A stretch of DNA of 64,000 nucleotides from an uncultured Clostridia bacterium. GTDB taxonomy: Bacteria; Bacillota; Clostridia; Christensenellales; UBA1242. Below, one piece after another: positions 9,942-21,300 of this stretch. Below the pieces are notes generated by a model, which was given only the letters and a program-made list of their open reading frames with translations, had not been told where the DNA came from and did no database searches. The DNA lies in contig CAMRSX010000001.1 of NCBI GenBank assembly GCA_947053595.1, forward strand, positions 86,356-150,355, given 5' to 3'. A program made the translations under genes and the position numbers. Numbering within the stretch: position 1 is the stretch's first letter; every line of letters starts with the position of its first letter.

Positions 9942-10481
9942 TCACATCTCTTCAAAGGTTGCAGGTTGCACGCTTTTTGAAGAGGTGTGATTTTTTGTTT
10001 GTGAAAAAGTGTTGTTTTGCATCATTTTGCCCAGCATCTCATTAAGCATGGGGTTGTTTTGCCCTTTCATAAGCCCGCCAGAAAGCAGTGATGACAGCAT
10101 GTTGCCGTCAGTTTTTCCTTGCATAAGCGAAACCATTTGCGCCAGTTTTTGTGCATCAAATTGCTGTGGGTTGAAGCCGCCAGAGGCGCCAGAGCCGTTG
10201 GATGAATTGGAGTTGTTGGCGCTGCTTGAATTGCTGGAAGTGCTTGAGTTGTTGAAAGCACCGGATGTGTTGGAAGGGTTGCCGCCAGAATTGTTGAACG
10301 AGTTGAAAAAATTTGAGGCATCTGAGCCGTTGGAAGATGCGGATTTTTGATTTGAAAAACCCCCTTCAAAGCTTTGTGCCTGCACCATGGCGGAAGGCTC
10401 TTCATTTCCTTTGTCCTTAAAAAACAGGGGCTCGGGATAATAAGAAAGCGGATTGTTTTGAAATTCATTTTTGTTGTTCAT
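9942..10481 (-). CDS. Ser/Asn-rich low-complexity protein; start uncertain
   Basis: The ORF spans 9942-10586. I chose the ATG at 10481 (MNNKNEF...), but no start candidate has a clear RBS. It has a long S/N/G tract followed by an M/L/G-rich C-terminus. Confidence 0.35.
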   Translation of the reverse strand: MNNKNEFQNNPLSYYPEPLFFKDKGNEEPSAMVQAQSFEGGFSNQKSASSNGSDASNFFNSFNNSGGNPSNTSGAFNNSSTSSNSSSANNSNSSNGSGASGGFNPQQFDAQKLAQMVSLMQGKTDGNMLSSLLSGGLMKGQNNPMLNEMLGKMMQNNTFSQTKNHTSSKSVQPATFEEM

Positions 10482-10528
10482 AACATATTTATATGCAACA
10501 TAAGCGCAATTTTTGATTTTCTTTTCGT

Positions 10529-10558
10529 TTGTCAAAAAAATGATGTCTGCCATATATT
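10529..10558 (+). promoter_or_regulatory. Promoter candidate (TTGTCA, 18 nt spacer, TATATT) with the ATG 7 nt downstream
   Basis: Read directly. The -10 box ends at 10558, the ATG is at 10565, and there is no SD sequence. Confidence 0.35.
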
Positions 10559-10564
10559 GAAAAT

Positions 10565-10825
10565 ATGAAATTGAGTGATATGCCAAAAGGCGAAAGAGAA
10601 GTCAAAACCACCGCAAAACAAAAAAACATCAACGAGGCTTATGAAGAGCTGAAAGGATGTTCTTCCGACCAGCTTATGCAAAGGTTGACAAACGAAATTC
10701 AAAATCAAAAAAACAGTGGAGTTTTTGATTATGACTCGCTGGTGTCTTCCATTGACAAAATCAAGATGTATTTGCCAGCAGCCACTTATGACAACATGAT
10801 TAAAATCATTGAGAGTTTGAAATGA
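10565..10825 (+). CDS. Small hypothetical protein (86 aa)
   Basis: The ORF overlaps the downstream S8 peptidase start by 4 nt (ATGA), suggesting co-translation. I recognised no family. Confidence 0.45.
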   Translation: MKLSDMPKGEREVKTTAKQKNINEAYEELKGCSSDQLMQRLTNEIQNQKNSGVFDYDSLVSSIDKIKMYLPAATYDNMIKIIESLK

Positions 10826-11964
10826 ATGTAAACAAAATTGATAGGCGACTTCTCAATGAGATTGCCATCCTAAACAGCGAAAAGAAATTTCCTTGTTTTG
10901 TGTTTTCATATTTCCCAAGCAAGACAAGAGAGGTTTTGAAAAAAAGAAATATACATATTGTGGATGAATATTTATTCATAAATTCTTTTTATTGCCTTGC
11001 TTCGCAAAAAGAGATTTTTTCGCTTTCAAATGTGGAGGCAGTTTGTTTTATTTCTTCGCTTTCTGTTGCAAACGCCATGATGTATGTTTCAAAGCAAATT
11101 TTGTCCACCTCTTCGCTGGACACAGGTGGGGAGGGCGTGGGCGTGGCGTTCATCGACACGGGTTTGGCGCCACACTGTGATTTTTTGCTGGGGAAAAATC
11201 GCGTGGAAGTTTTCAAAGATTTTGTTGCATCAAAAAAAGAGATGTATGATGATAACGGTCATGGCACTTTTGTTTGTGGAGTTTGTGCGGGAAGTGGCGC
11301 ACTAAGCAAATTCAAATTTTCTGGCGTGGCGCCACGTTGCAGAATTTTTTCGTTGAAGGCGTTGGATGGCAAGGGTGAGGCAAGCGCAAACAAAATTTTG
11401 GACGCCATGCAGTGGGTTTATGAAAATCACAAAAAGCACAACATTGGTGTGGTTTGCATGAGTTTTGGAAGCGAGCCGCTTGGGCGAAACGACCCCATCA
11501 TGCTGGGTGCTGAAGCATTGTGGAAGGACGGCGTGGTTGTGGTGGCGGCGGCAGGCAACAGTGGCCCAGAATATCAAACCATAAAATCGCCGGGCATCAG
11601 CAACCACATCATCACGGTTGGCGGCATTGATGACAACAGATATGACAATGCGTCATACAACAAAAAATATTTTGAGATTGCCAACTTTTCTTCGCGAGGG
11701 CCGGCGTTTAGAAGTGTGAAGCCAGATGTTGTTGCGCCAAGTGTGGACATCACCTCATGTGGAATAAGAGAGGCTTACACAACCCTAAGTGGAACTTCGG
11801 TTGCCACTCCAATGATTGCCGGCATTGCTGCGCTTTTGTTGGAAAAATTTCCAACTGCCACGCCAAAGCAAATTAAGAGCATGCTTTTGAAGTGCTGTCA
11901 GCCTCTGGGTTTTGAGATGTATCAAGAGGGATATGGCCTGCCATGTTTGGACAGGATGAAATGA
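10822..11964 (+). CDS. Subtilisin-like S8 serine peptidase with no signal peptide
   Basis: Catalytic triad contexts are VAFIDTGL (Asp), HGTFVCGV (His) and GTSVATPMIAG (Ser). Confidence 0.85.
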   Translation: MNVNKIDRRLLNEIAILNSEKKFPCFVFSYFPSKTREVLKKRNIHIVDEYLFINSFYCLASQKEIFSLSNVEAVCFISSLSVANAMMYVSKQILSTSSLDTGGEGVGVAFIDTGLAPHCDFLLGKNRVEVFKDFVASKKEMYDDNGHGTFVCGVCAGSGALSKFKFSGVAPRCRIFSLKALDGKGEASANKILDAMQWVYENHKKHNIGVVCMSFGSEPLGRNDPIMLGAEALWKDGVVVVAAAGNSGPEYQTIKSPGISNHIITVGGIDDNRYDNASYNKKYFEIANFSSRGPAFRSVKPDVVAPSVDITSCGIREAYTTLSGTSVATPMIAGIAALLLEKFPTATPKQIKSMLLKCCQPLGFEMYQEGYGLPCLDRMK

Positions 11965-11977
11965 AAAAGAAGTAATT

Positions 11978-13012
11978 TCACTTCTTTTCATGTTTTTCAA
12001 TTAAATTAATAATTTGTTCAACTGCATTGTTTTTTGCAGTTTTTTTCATGTTTTTTTGAATTTTTTCTTTGTTTTTGCAAAGATTTTCCAAACTTTGCTG
12101 CAATTTTAACAGATTGCATTCTTCCTCTTCCAGCATCAGAGCATAGCCTTTCTTTTGAAAAAGTTTGGCATTTTCAATTTGGTCGCCGCGCGAACAATTT
12201 TTGGAAAGTGGAACAAGCAGCATGGGTTTTGCAAGGGCAAGCAGCTCGTTAATCACGCCGCTGCCAGCGCGTGAGATGACAATGTCGGCGGTGGCAAAGA
12301 AGTCTTGAATGTTGGTGGCATAAGGGGTGAGGAAATAATCTTCATGCACAATTTTTTGAAAGTTGTTTTTTCCGCAGATGTGAATGATGTTGTATTTTTC
12401 CGTCAGTGCGTCAAGGTTTTCAAAGGTGAGGTTGTTTAAAAATTTTGCGCCCAAACTTCCGCCAAGCACCAGCACGGTTGGCTTGTTGGGGTTGTGCCCA
12501 AGGCGCAAGCTTTTGCCTTCAAACACTTGGCTTCTGATTGGCTGACCTGTGCAAACACACTTTTTGTTTTTTGCGCTCGTTTCCGGAAATGTGGTGCACA
12601 TTACGTCGCAACTGTGCAAAATGATTTTATTGGCAAGCCCAAAGGACAAATCGCTTTCGTGGCTGATGACGGGGATGCTCAGCTTTTTGCCAGCCATTGC
12701 CACGGGCACGCTGACAAAGCCGCCCTTTGAAAAGATGATGGAAGGGTCAACTTTTTTAAGCTCTTCCTTTGTTTGGCGAATGCTTCTTAAAAGCTTGATG
12801 GGAATAAGAAAATTTTTGAGTGTAAGTTTGCGCTCAAACTTTACGGTTGGAATTTCGTGAAAGGTTATGTTTGGAAAGTTTTTTAAAATCTCCTTTTCCA
12901 TTCCGTTTCCGCCAAAATAGTGGATGTCATATCCTTTCAATTTTTCTGCAACTGCCAAAGCGGGATATATGTGTCCCGCAGTGCCACCGCCACACAAAAC
13001 AATTTTCTTCAT
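11978..13012 (-). CDS. murG: UDP-N-acetylglucosamine-N-acetylmuramyl-(pentapeptide) pyrophosphoryl-undecaprenol GlcNAc transferase
   Basis: 344 aa. It contains GGGTAGHIYPALAVA and a C-terminal GT28 region (ISRAGSGVINELLALAKPMLLVP). Confidence 0.9.
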   Translation of the reverse strand: MKKIVLCGGGTAGHIYPALAVAEKLKGYDIHYFGGNGMEKEILKNFPNITFHEIPTVKFERKLTLKNFLIPIKLLRSIRQTKEELKKVDPSIIFSKGGFVSVPVAMAGKKLSIPVISHESDLSFGLANKIILHSCDVMCTTFPETSAKNKKCVCTGQPIRSQVFEGKSLRLGHNPNKPTVLVLGGSLGAKFLNNLTFENLDALTEKYNIIHICGKNNFQKIVHEDYFLTPYATNIQDFFATADIVISRAGSGVINELLALAKPMLLVPLSKNCSRGDQIENAKLFQKKGYALMLEEEECNLLKLQQSLENLCKNKEKIQKNMKKTAKNNAVEQIINLIEKHEKK

Positions 13013-13231
13013 GCCCTTTCCTTTTTTTTATATTTTATTTAAACCGCAGCAATATTATTCACAACGCGGGGCGGGCATGAACAAAATGGCAGTGGTGTGT
13101 TTGCAAGTTGTTGTAATTGCAAAAAGTGCTTTGTTAAAACAAAATGAATAAATATGCAAAAGCGTGAATAACAATGCAAACCAAAATTTGCCAAAAAATG
13201 CTTGATTTTATTTTTTTATATCTGCAAACTG

Positions 13232-13240
13232 TGCTATAAT
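13232..13240 (+). promoter_or_regulatory. Extended -10 element (TGcTATAAT)
   Basis: Read directly, about 49 nt upstream of the topoisomerase B-subunit start. Confidence 0.35.
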
Positions 13241-13288
13241 ATTTAAGAGAATATAAAAAAATCAAATAAAGTTGCATTGGAGTTTTTT

Positions 13289-15247
13289 ATGACAGAGAAA
13301 CATTATGATTCAAAAGACATTGTTGTTTTGGATGGATTGGATGCCGTCAGGCTGCGCCCCGGAATGTATATTGGCACAACAAGTGCGCGCGGCTTTCATC
13401 ACATCTTGTGGGAAATTGTGGACAACGCAATTGACGAAATTTCAAACGGCCATGGTGACACCATCAAGATTTTTTTAAATCAAGACGGCAGTGCCACGGT
13501 TGAAGACAACGGGCGTGGCATTCCGGTGGATATGCACCCAACGCTTCACAAAAGCGGCGTGGAGGTTGTTTACACCACTTTGCACGCGGGCGGAAAGTTT
13601 AACACAGAAAATTATAAGTTTTCTGGCGGTTTGCATGGCGTGGGGGCGTCGGTTACAAACGCGCTTTCAAGATGGTGCAATGTTGAGGTGAACAAGGGTG
13701 GCAAAGCCTATCTTGTGGAGTTTCATTCTTTTGAAGATGCAGAAGGCAAAGTTCACAGCGGCATTGCCAAGGCGCCTCTTAGGCAAATTGGCAAAACTTC
13801 TTCCACTGGCACAAAGGTGACTTTCTTGCCAGATGACAGAGTGTTTGGGCAACAAAGCTTCAATTTTGAAATTATCGCAAGGCGCGCCAGAGAGCTGGCG
13901 TTTTTAAACAAGGGGCTTAGGATTGTTGTTGAAGACAGGCGCACTGGCGAAGTGGACGAGTTTCACTATGAAGGCGGAACTGTGGATTTTGTGACATATT
14001 TGGTGGAAGGCAAAAATCCGCTGTTTAAAAAACCAATGTTTTTCCATGCGCAAAGCAAGATTGTGGATTTGGAGGTTGCTTTCATCTCCACGGATAGTTA
14101 CACCGAAAACACCTTTTCTTATGTCAACAACATTCCAACCACAGAGGGCGGAATGCACGAGATTGGCTTTAAGAGTGCGTTCACCAAGGCGTTTAATGAC
14201 TATGCGCGCTCCAGCAATCTGTTGAAGGAAAAAGAGCAAAATCTTCTGGGGGAAGATTTCAGAGAAGGTCTTGTGACGGTTATCAACCTGAAGATGAACA
14301 ATGTTCAGTTTGAAGGGCAAACCAAAACCAAGCTTGGCAACCCAGAAGCCAGAACAGAAGTGGAGACGTTGACCCTGACAGAGCTGGGCAAAATTTTGTC
14401 TGACAAAAAATTTACAACCATGACGGAAGTGATTGTTGAAAAGGCAAAGCAGGCGGCAAAGGTGAGGCTGGCTGCCAAAAAAGCCAAAGAGTTGACGCGT
14501 GCCAAAAACAATGCAGAAAACTTTAACCTTGTGGGCAAGCTTGCGGCATCCACCTCGCGTGACCGCGTAAACAGCGAGCTGTTTATTGTGGAAGGAGATT
14601 CCGCTGGTGGCTCTGCAAAACAAGGACGTGACAGAAAATATCAGGCCATTTTGCCACTTCGCGGAAAGCCGTTGAACGCCGAAAAGAAGAGGGTGGACCA
14701 AGTGCTGGCAAATGAAGAAATTCGCACCATCATCTCGGCACTTGACACTGGCTTTGGAGAGGATTTTGACTTGTCCTCGCTGCGATATAACAAGGTTATC
14801 ATCCTTTCGGATGCCGACCAAGACGGCGCACACATTCGTGCAATTTTGCTGACATTTTTCTATCGTTATATGAAACCGCTCATCATGGACGGGCATGTGT
14901 TTATTGGTCTGCCACCGCTTTATAAGGTTTATAAAAAAGACTTTGAAAAATATGTATATTCCGATTCCGAGCTTGCCGAAGCGGTTGCCAGCGTGGGCAA
15001 GGGATATATGATTCAGCGATATAAAGGTTTGGGCGAAATGAACCCAGAGCAACTTTGGGAAACAACCATGGACCCACAAAACCGCACGCTGATTCAGGTT
15101 ACCATTGAGGATGCCGCACAGGCGGAGAAGATGATAACCACGCTTATGGGCGACGCCATTGAAGAACGAAAGGCATACATTTCCGAACACGCAAATTTTG
15201 ACCGTGAAGACACCTTCATGAGAGATTATAAAAAAGTTGAAGCTTGA
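13289..15247 (+). CDS. Type IIA topoisomerase B subunit (GyrB/ParE family, ParE-like)
   Basis: Motifs: GHKL ATPase, [15 protein letters not shown] and [31 protein letters not shown] and [17 protein letters not shown] resemble remembered B. subtilis ParE more than GyrB. ATG 13289 lies 7 nt after GGAG. Confidence 0.85.
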   Translation: MTEKHYDSKDIVVLDGLDAVRLRPGMYIGTTSARGFHHILWEIVDNAIDEISNGHGDTIKIFLNQDGSATVEDNGRGIPVDMHPTLHKSGVEVVYTTLHAGGKFNTENYKFSGGLHGVGASVTNALSRWCNVEVNKGGKAYLVEFHSFEDAEGKVHSGIAKAPLRQIGKTSSTGTKVTFLPDDRVFGQQSFNFEIIARRARELAFLNKGLRIVVEDRRTGEVDEFHYEGGTVDFVTYLVEGKNPLFKKPMFFHAQSKIVDLEVAFISTDSYTENTFSYVNNIPTTEGGMHEIGFKSAFTKAFNDYARSSNLLKEKEQNLLGEDFREGLVTVINLKMNNVQFEGQTKTKLGNPEARTEVETLTLTELGKILSDKKFTTMTEVIVEKAKQAAKVRLAAKKAKELTRAKNNAENFNLVGKLAASTSRDRVNSELFIVEGDSAGGSAKQGRDRKYQAILPLRGKPLNAEKKRVDQVLANEEIRTIISALDTGFGEDFDLSSLRYNKVIILSDADQDGAHIRAILLTFFYRYMKPLIMDGHVFIGLPPLYKVYKKDFEKYVYSDSELAEAVASVGKGYMIQRYKGLGEMNPEQLWETTMDPQNRTLIQVTIEDAAQAEKMITTLMGDAIEERKAYISEHANFDREDTFMRDYKKVEA

Positions 15248-18200
15248 AACAAGCTTTTGAAGATTTGAGGATTTTTATTGTGGACAAAGACAAACAGGAC
15301 GAATTTGAAAATCGAAAACCAATTCAGCCCATTGATGGACAGATGTGTTATGACGAGCTTCTTGTTGCCGAACAACCGGAGGAAGAGAGGCTTGTGGACA
15401 CGTCTGTTGCCGATGGACAAATGGACCTATGGAGTTTGGACATGCAGACATCCAAGCAAACGCAAGAGGTGCAGCTAAAGAAAGAAGAAAACAAGCAAAT
15501 TTTCTTAAAAGCTGAACAAAATTTGCAAAAAAACACCGAAAAATTGGCAAGAAATCCACAAAATGAAACTTTTGAAGTTGATGAAGAAGTTGATGAAACT
15601 GATGAAGAGTTTGAAGAAACTGAAAACATTGAAGAATTTAAGCAGCTCCAAAATTTGGATGAAAATGTGACAAATTGTAAGCAAAAGACAGCTGCACTTG
15701 AAGAAAATTTTGAAGAGGCTGAAGGTTTTGAAGAGGTTGAAGGAGAAGCTTTTGAAGATGCTCACACTGCCAGCCAAAGCAAAGACGAAAATTTTCAAAA
15801 AGAAAATCATGAGGAAGAGATGAAAGAAGAAAAGTTTGAAGAGATTAAGATGAATATTCAAGAAAATGAAACTTCGCCTCAGGGCAATGTTGAAGAAGTT
15901 AAGCCAAGCGCAAACTTGGGCGGGGGCTCTTTTGGTGGCAACGGTGTGCTTTTCAAGTCTTTGGAAGAAGTGCTGCACGATTCCATGATTCCTTACACCG
16001 AGCACGTTGTTTTGGACAGAGCGCTTCCAAGGGTGGAGGATGGCTTGAAGCCGGTGCAAAGAAGAATTTTGTATTCCATGCTGGAGCTTGGGCTCACCCC
16101 AGACAAGCCATACAGAAAGTCTGCAAGAATTGTGGGCGATTGCATGGGTAAATATCATCCACATGGCGACAGTTCGGTTTATGATGCCATGGTGAGAATG
16201 TCACAAGATTTTGTGCTGCGTGCACCACTGGTGGACGGGCACGGAAACTTTGGCTCGGTGGATGGCGACAGCGCGGCAGCAATGCGTTACACCGAAGCGC
16301 GCATGACACCGCTTGCAATGGAGCTGTTGCGAGACCTTGAAAAAGACACAGTTCGCTGGGGGCTGAACTTTGACGACACGCTTAAAGAGCCAGATGTGCT
16401 TCCGGGAAGATTTCCAAACTTGCTTGTGAATGGCGCATCTGGAATTGCCGTGGGTGTGGCAACCAACATTCCTCCTCACAACCTTGGCGAAGTGATTGAT
16501 GGCGTTGTGGCATACATCGACAAGCCACACATCAAACTGGACGAGATGATGAAAATCATCAAGGGACCAGACTTTCCAACGGGCGGCGAGCTGATTTTTG
16601 GCGACGGGCTGAAAAGCGCTTATGAAACAGGCAAAGGGAAAATCATCCTTCGTGCCAAAGTGGGAGTTGAGCAGAATGGTGACAAGCAAAGTCTTGTGAT
16701 AACCGAGTTGCCATATCAAGTTAACAAAGCGTTGCTTTTGCAAAAGATTGCCGAGCTGAAAGAGAAAAACAAAGACAAACTTTCTGTCATCAGCGAAATA
16801 AGGGATGAAAGTGACCGAAACGGCATGAGAGCGGTCATTCGCTTGAAAAAAGAGGCAAATGCCAAGAAAATTTTGGAGTTTTTGTTTCAATCCACCAATT
16901 TGCAAATTTCTTACGCCATCAACATGGTGGCAATCGCAGGTGGCAAGCCAAAGCTTTTGAACTTGCTGGACATCATTTCTTATTACACCGCATTTCAACG
17001 GGATGTGGTTGTGCGCAGAACGCGCTTTGACCTTAATGTGGCAAAAGACCGCGCACACATTGTGGAAGGGCTTTTGATTGCCATCAAAAACATTGATGCT
17101 GTCATCAAAATCATCAAAACATCGGCAAATGTTTCGGAAGCCAGAACCCGCCTTCGCGCCAAGTTTGGCTTGTCCGAAAGGCAAGCGCAGGCAATTTTGG
17201 ATATGCGCCTTGCAAGATTGGTGAATTTGGAAGTGACAAAGCTGCAAGAAGAACTTGCTGCACTCAAACAGCGCATCAAAGAATTGGAGGCAATTTTGGC
17301 GTCCAAAAAACTTCAGCTTGAAGTTGTCAAGAAAGAAATCTTGGAAATCAAGCGAAGATTTGGCTCTGCAAGACGTTCCATTGAATGCAAATCCACAGAA
17401 ATCAAACTTGCAAAAATTGAGGAGGTTGAGGACGGCAAGGATTATTTGATTGCTCTTTCTGCCGGCAAAACCATCAAGAAAGTGAGTTTGAAAAACTATT
17501 CCAAATCGTTGAAAACGCTGTCTGACGGCTCCACGCTGTTTGACATCCACACCAAGCTTTTGAAGGTTAAGGCAACTGACACTGTGCTGATTTTCACCGA
17601 CAGAGGCAACTGCGTGAAGATGCTGGTGGACAAGCTTCCAGAAAGCAAGTGGAGGGAAAAAGGTGTTACCCTGAAAAACCTTGATAAAGCCATTGACATC
17701 ATGGAAGTGCCAGTTGGCGTGTTGAAGGTGGAGGGGGATGGCGACATTGTCTTCTTCACACAAAAGGGCATGATTAAACGCACCACCGAAAAAGACACGG
17801 TGGTTGCAAAGACTTATTATCAAGCCATAAAACTGTCAAATGACGACAAACTTTTGGCGGTGGAGCATGAGGTTAAGGGCAAGACACTGCTTATGCTTTC
17901 AAAATCTGGCTTTGTTGTCAACTTTGACAAAAGCGAAGTGCCTTTGCAAGGCAGAGTTTCTGGCGGCGTGAAGGGAATCAACATTGAAGAGTTTGACAGC
18001 GTGGTGTTTGCTGCGCAAAACGTGGCGCCAGAGCTTTTGATTGTCACAGACAATGGCTTTGTTAAAAAAATCAATGCAATGCAAATTCCAATCAGTGCAA
18101 GATATCGCAAGGGCGTGAAATATGTCAACTTTGAAGGCAGTGGAAAAAGTGTGGCATATGTGGGCGCTTCGGCAAAATGTGTTGTGGACCAAGGGCTTAA

Positions 18201-18306
18201 GTTTGTCACTTTGGACAGCAAAAAATATGCAGTTTCTGACAGGCTCAGCAGCGGCCAAGAGGTTGTTTCAAAGAAGTTTTTGGGAATTTACACATTGGAA
18301 GATTAG
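15244..18306 (+). CDS. Type IIA topoisomerase A subunit (GyrA/ParC family, no GyrA box) with about 237 extra acidic N-terminal codons
   Basis: The conserved core starts near aa 238 ([41 protein letters not shown]). [20 protein letters not shown] is present. The first CTD blade has SKSLKTL where QRRGGKG would sit. The frame is open from a TTG that overlaps the B-subunit stop. Confidence 0.8.
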   Translation: MKQAFEDLRIFIVDKDKQDEFENRKPIQPIDGQMCYDELLVAEQPEEERLVDTSVADGQMDLWSLDMQTSKQTQEVQLKKEENKQIFLKAEQNLQKNTEKLARNPQNETFEVDEEVDETDEEFEETENIEEFKQLQNLDENVTNCKQKTAALEENFEEAEGFEEVEGEAFEDAHTASQSKDENFQKENHEEEMKEEKFEEIKMNIQENETSPQGNVEEVKPSANLGGGSFGGNGVLFKSLEEVLHDSMIPYTEHVVLDRALPRVEDGLKPVQRRILYSMLELGLTPDKPYRKSARIVGDCMGKYHPHGDSSVYDAMVRMSQDFVLRAPLVDGHGNFGSVDGDSAAAMRYTEARMTPLAMELLRDLEKDTVRWGLNFDDTLKEPDVLPGRFPNLLVNGASGIAVGVATNIPPHNLGEVIDGVVAYIDKPHIKLDEMMKIIKGPDFPTGGELIFGDGLKSAYETGKGKIILRAKVGVEQNGDKQSLVITELPYQVNKALLLQKIAELKEKNKDKLSVISEIRDESDRNGMRAVIRLKKEANAKKILEFLFQSTNLQISYAINMVAIAGGKPKLLNLLDIISYYTAFQRDVVVRRTRFDLNVAKDRAHIVEGLLIAIKNIDAVIKIIKTSANVSEARTRLRAKFGLSERQAQAILDMRLARLVNLEVTKLQEELAALKQRIKELEAILASKKLQLEVVKKEILEIKRRFGSARRSIECKSTEIKLAKIEEVEDGKDYLIALSAGKTIKKVSLKNYSKSLKTLSDGSTLFDIHTKLLKVKATDTVLIFTDRGNCVKMLVDKLPESKWREKGVTLKNLDKAIDIMEVPVGVLKVEGDGDIVFFTQKGMIKRTTEKDTVVAKTYYQAIKLSNDDKLLAVEHEVKGKTLLMLSKSGFVVNFDKSEVPLQGRVSGGVKGINIEEFDSVVFAAQNVAPELLIVTDNGFVKKINAMQIPISARYRKGVKYVNFEGSGKSVAYVGASAKCVVDQGLKFVTLDSKKYAVSDRLSSGQEVVSKKFLGIYTLED

Positions 18307-18318
18307 GCAATTTTTGAA

Positions 18319-18356
18319 TACCAGCCAAAATATTTGTTTTGGCTGGTATTTTTTGT
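18319..18356 (+). terminator. Rho-independent terminator
   Basis: CCAGCCAAAA-tatttg-TTTTGGCTGG followed by a T run. Confidence 0.75.
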
Positions 18357-18365
18357 CATTTTATT

Positions 18366-18393
18366 TTGATTTTTGTTGATTTTTGTATATAAT
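18366..18393 (+). promoter_or_regulatory. Promoter candidate (TTGATT, 16 nt spacer, TATAAT) with the ATG 7 nt downstream
   Basis: The -10 box is at 18388-18393, the ATG is at 18400, and no SD sequence is present. Confidence 0.45.
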
Positions 18394-18399
18394 ATTTTT

Positions 18400-21300
18400 A
18401 TGAAAAGAATGCTTTACATCATCATAACAACTTTCATGTCCATTTGCTTTGCTTTTGGGTGTGTGTTTTTTGTGGGAGATGCGTTAATTCCATCAATTCC
18501 TGTTTCCGAGGACACCAACAAAAATGGCGCTGATGAAGATGATAATCCTTTTCGTTTTGGCTATTGGACAAACTTTCATGCTGACAAATTTGCAGGAGGC
18601 AAAGGCACTGCTTCATTGCCTTATCAAATTTCCACTCCAGAGCAACTTGCACTGCTTTCTTATTTGATGAGGGAGAGCCCAGATTCCATTCCAGAAAACG
18701 GCGATTTATCGGTGAAATTTGCACATTATTCATTGATTGCGGATCTCGATATGCGTGACCATTATTGGATACCTATTGGACATGCAAATGAATTCACTTC
18801 CATTTCTGATTTAGGTAAGTGTCCAAATGTTTTCTATGGTTCTTTTGATGGTGGTGGACATACAATTTCTAATTTAAGATGTGAAATTAACAGAGCTGAG
18901 TGGAATAGATCGGATTATTTTGTAGATGCAAAGATTGCTGATGTTGGTTTGTTTGGTGCTGTGCTTGCAGCGGGACGTGAGCAGAGGATACATAATTTCC
19001 AACTTTATAATTCTTCTGTTTATGTTTATGGGGATTCTAATTATGGGAATACAGGAACTTTAATGGCAGCAATGGCATTAAATATTGGCGCGGTTGTAGG
19101 GATTTCTCCAAGCTGTATTGCCAAAGCGGCAAGTGCAGTAAAAACTGTTAGGCTTGAAAATATAAAAGTGGATGGTTTTAACATATATTTAACAAAATCC
19201 GAAAGAGAAATAACCGAGCATTATTTAAGAGCTGGGGGCATCATTGGTTTTACAAAGGGCAAGCAAACAGAGATTTCAAATTGCATGGTTTTTGGCGATT
19301 CTGAATTTTCTTATGTTTTTAATGGTGAAGAAACATCAATATATAATATGGCTTCAATTGGTGGAATTGTGGGTGAAGTTGACACCTATGTTAATACAAG
19401 TACTTATGTTAGCAATTGTTATAACAGCATGAATTTTATTATTATGAATAATACTAGTGGTGACGTTAAATTTTTTAAGCTTGGAATAGGGGGAATTGTA
19501 GGTGCTGTTATCAGTGGAACAGATTCTGGATTTAATGACATTGTTAAGGAAAATTCGACAAAACTCATAATAAACAGCTGTGCCAATGGTGGAAGAATTG
19601 ATTTGTCTTGTGCACCTTTGTCGGGAACATTTTCATTTTTTTCGAACATTACGGTAGCCAATAGTTCGGTTTATGCTAGTGGTTTGGGTGGAATTATTGG
19701 AACCTCAGTGCATGGAGAAGCTTTTTTTCAAACAAAATACAGAACTATTGAAGTGAATGAATGTGTAAATTATGGCACAATTGGGTGTGAAAGTTGTTAT
19801 ACCTATATGTATGTCTCTAATGATACATACAGAAGACGTTTTTCTCCAATTTCAATTGGAGGAATTGTTGGTGCTGGTGGAAGGTTTATGGGGCAGTCTC
19901 TTAATAACTTCCTAGGAGGAAAGAATGAACTGCAAGTGTCTTTATGCCTCAATTTTGGCAGAGTGGGACTTTGGACACTTGTTCCGGTTATGTATGGGCA
20001 GTATCACTATATTTATGTGGATGAACTTTATTTTGCAGGAGTTGGAGGCATTATTGGCTCTTGTGGTGTTGCAAAAGAATGTGTGAATTATGGAAAAGTT
20101 TTTGCATGTAACGTGCTGGACAAAAATGCTTGGGGTGGAATTGTTGGTGCTGGCGAAGTGGACCATTGCTTAAATTATGGTGATGTTAAAACAGTCGACA
20201 ACTATGTTGAATTTTTGAAAGGAAACTATACATATCAAAAAAATCATGAATTTATGGGTTATTATATTGATGCCGAAAACACGCCTTGCAATAACTGTAT
20301 TTTTGCAGAGGATATGGTTGAAGGAAGATATGACAGCAAAGCCGTAATGAGTATTTGGCATAACTCTGGCGGAGACTCGCTTTATCGCACACTTGATGAA
20401 AATGATATGGACGTTATTAGACAACTTAATTCAAGCTCAATAAGTGGATTTTATGTTTCAGATATTGGCCTTTATAAATATAAAACAGTAGTCATAAATG
20501 CGGGTGACGAAGATGAAGAATATTTTGATTATTATGCTTATGTTGTCCCAGATGGCTGCATCAATTTGTTGAATTTGTCTGCAAGTGTTGATGGAGAAGA
20601 TTATGCTGCTTTCAACACCAGCCTTGTGGGATATCACAGTGTTGGACTTGTCTCTAATGAACTTGTGATGGAAAGTTGGCCTGTAACAATTGATACAAGT
20701 GATAAGAAAACTTTCATGTTTTTGCTGGGGGCGGATTATTTATTTTCAAATCAAGCAATGGCTTATAAGTGCATTGCGGATTTCTCTGGAGGTCTTTTTG
20801 ACTATGGAGATGACTACTTGACACTTAAGGATGTAAGTTGTGACGCTGGTCTTACAGTTTCTATGACTTCAAACAGAGACACAGCAAATAAATTGAATGA
20901 TTATGTCATTTCTTCTATCAGAGGAATGACTTATAATCGAACAGCAAATATGAAGATTAACTTTGAAAGAAAGAAAATTCAGTTGACTTCTGCAAGCTTT
21001 TATATGGTGGACAATTATAAGCTTGATAGTAATCCTTCACAATCTTCACTCACTGAAATAACAGACATCTCCAATGTGGCAAAACATATTGAAATTAATG
21101 GGACTGGAATTACAGGAAAAACTTTATATACTGAATTTTTGCCTTATGAATATCAACTAATTGTTTCGCCTGTCACGGGCTATGCGCTGGTGGGCGTTGA
21201 CATTTGTTATTCTGGTGGAGTTTCGGTGCAAACAAATGCAGGTTATTATGGCTCTGGTGTCTTCACACTGATTGACAACAGAAACTGTGATAATATTCCA

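Noticed and set aside
13904-15190. 428-aa ORF antisense to the topoisomerase B subunit
   Set aside because: A shadow ORF opposite a highly conserved gene, with no protein-like features.
15505-16164. 219-aa minus-strand ORF under the acidic extension of the topoisomerase gene
   Set aside because: It is the complement of GAA/GAG-rich low-complexity coding DNA, giving a Phe/Leu/Ser-rich product. It is an artefact of the repeat composition.
16201-17823. 540-aa ORF antisense to the topoisomerase A subunit
   Set aside because: A shadow ORF opposite a highly conserved gene, with no protein-like features.
13289-18306. A straightforward gyrB/gyrA annotation
   Set aside because: The GyrA box is absent, the B subunit looks ParE-like, and there is no dnaA-recF context. 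The symbols were left blank rather than forced.
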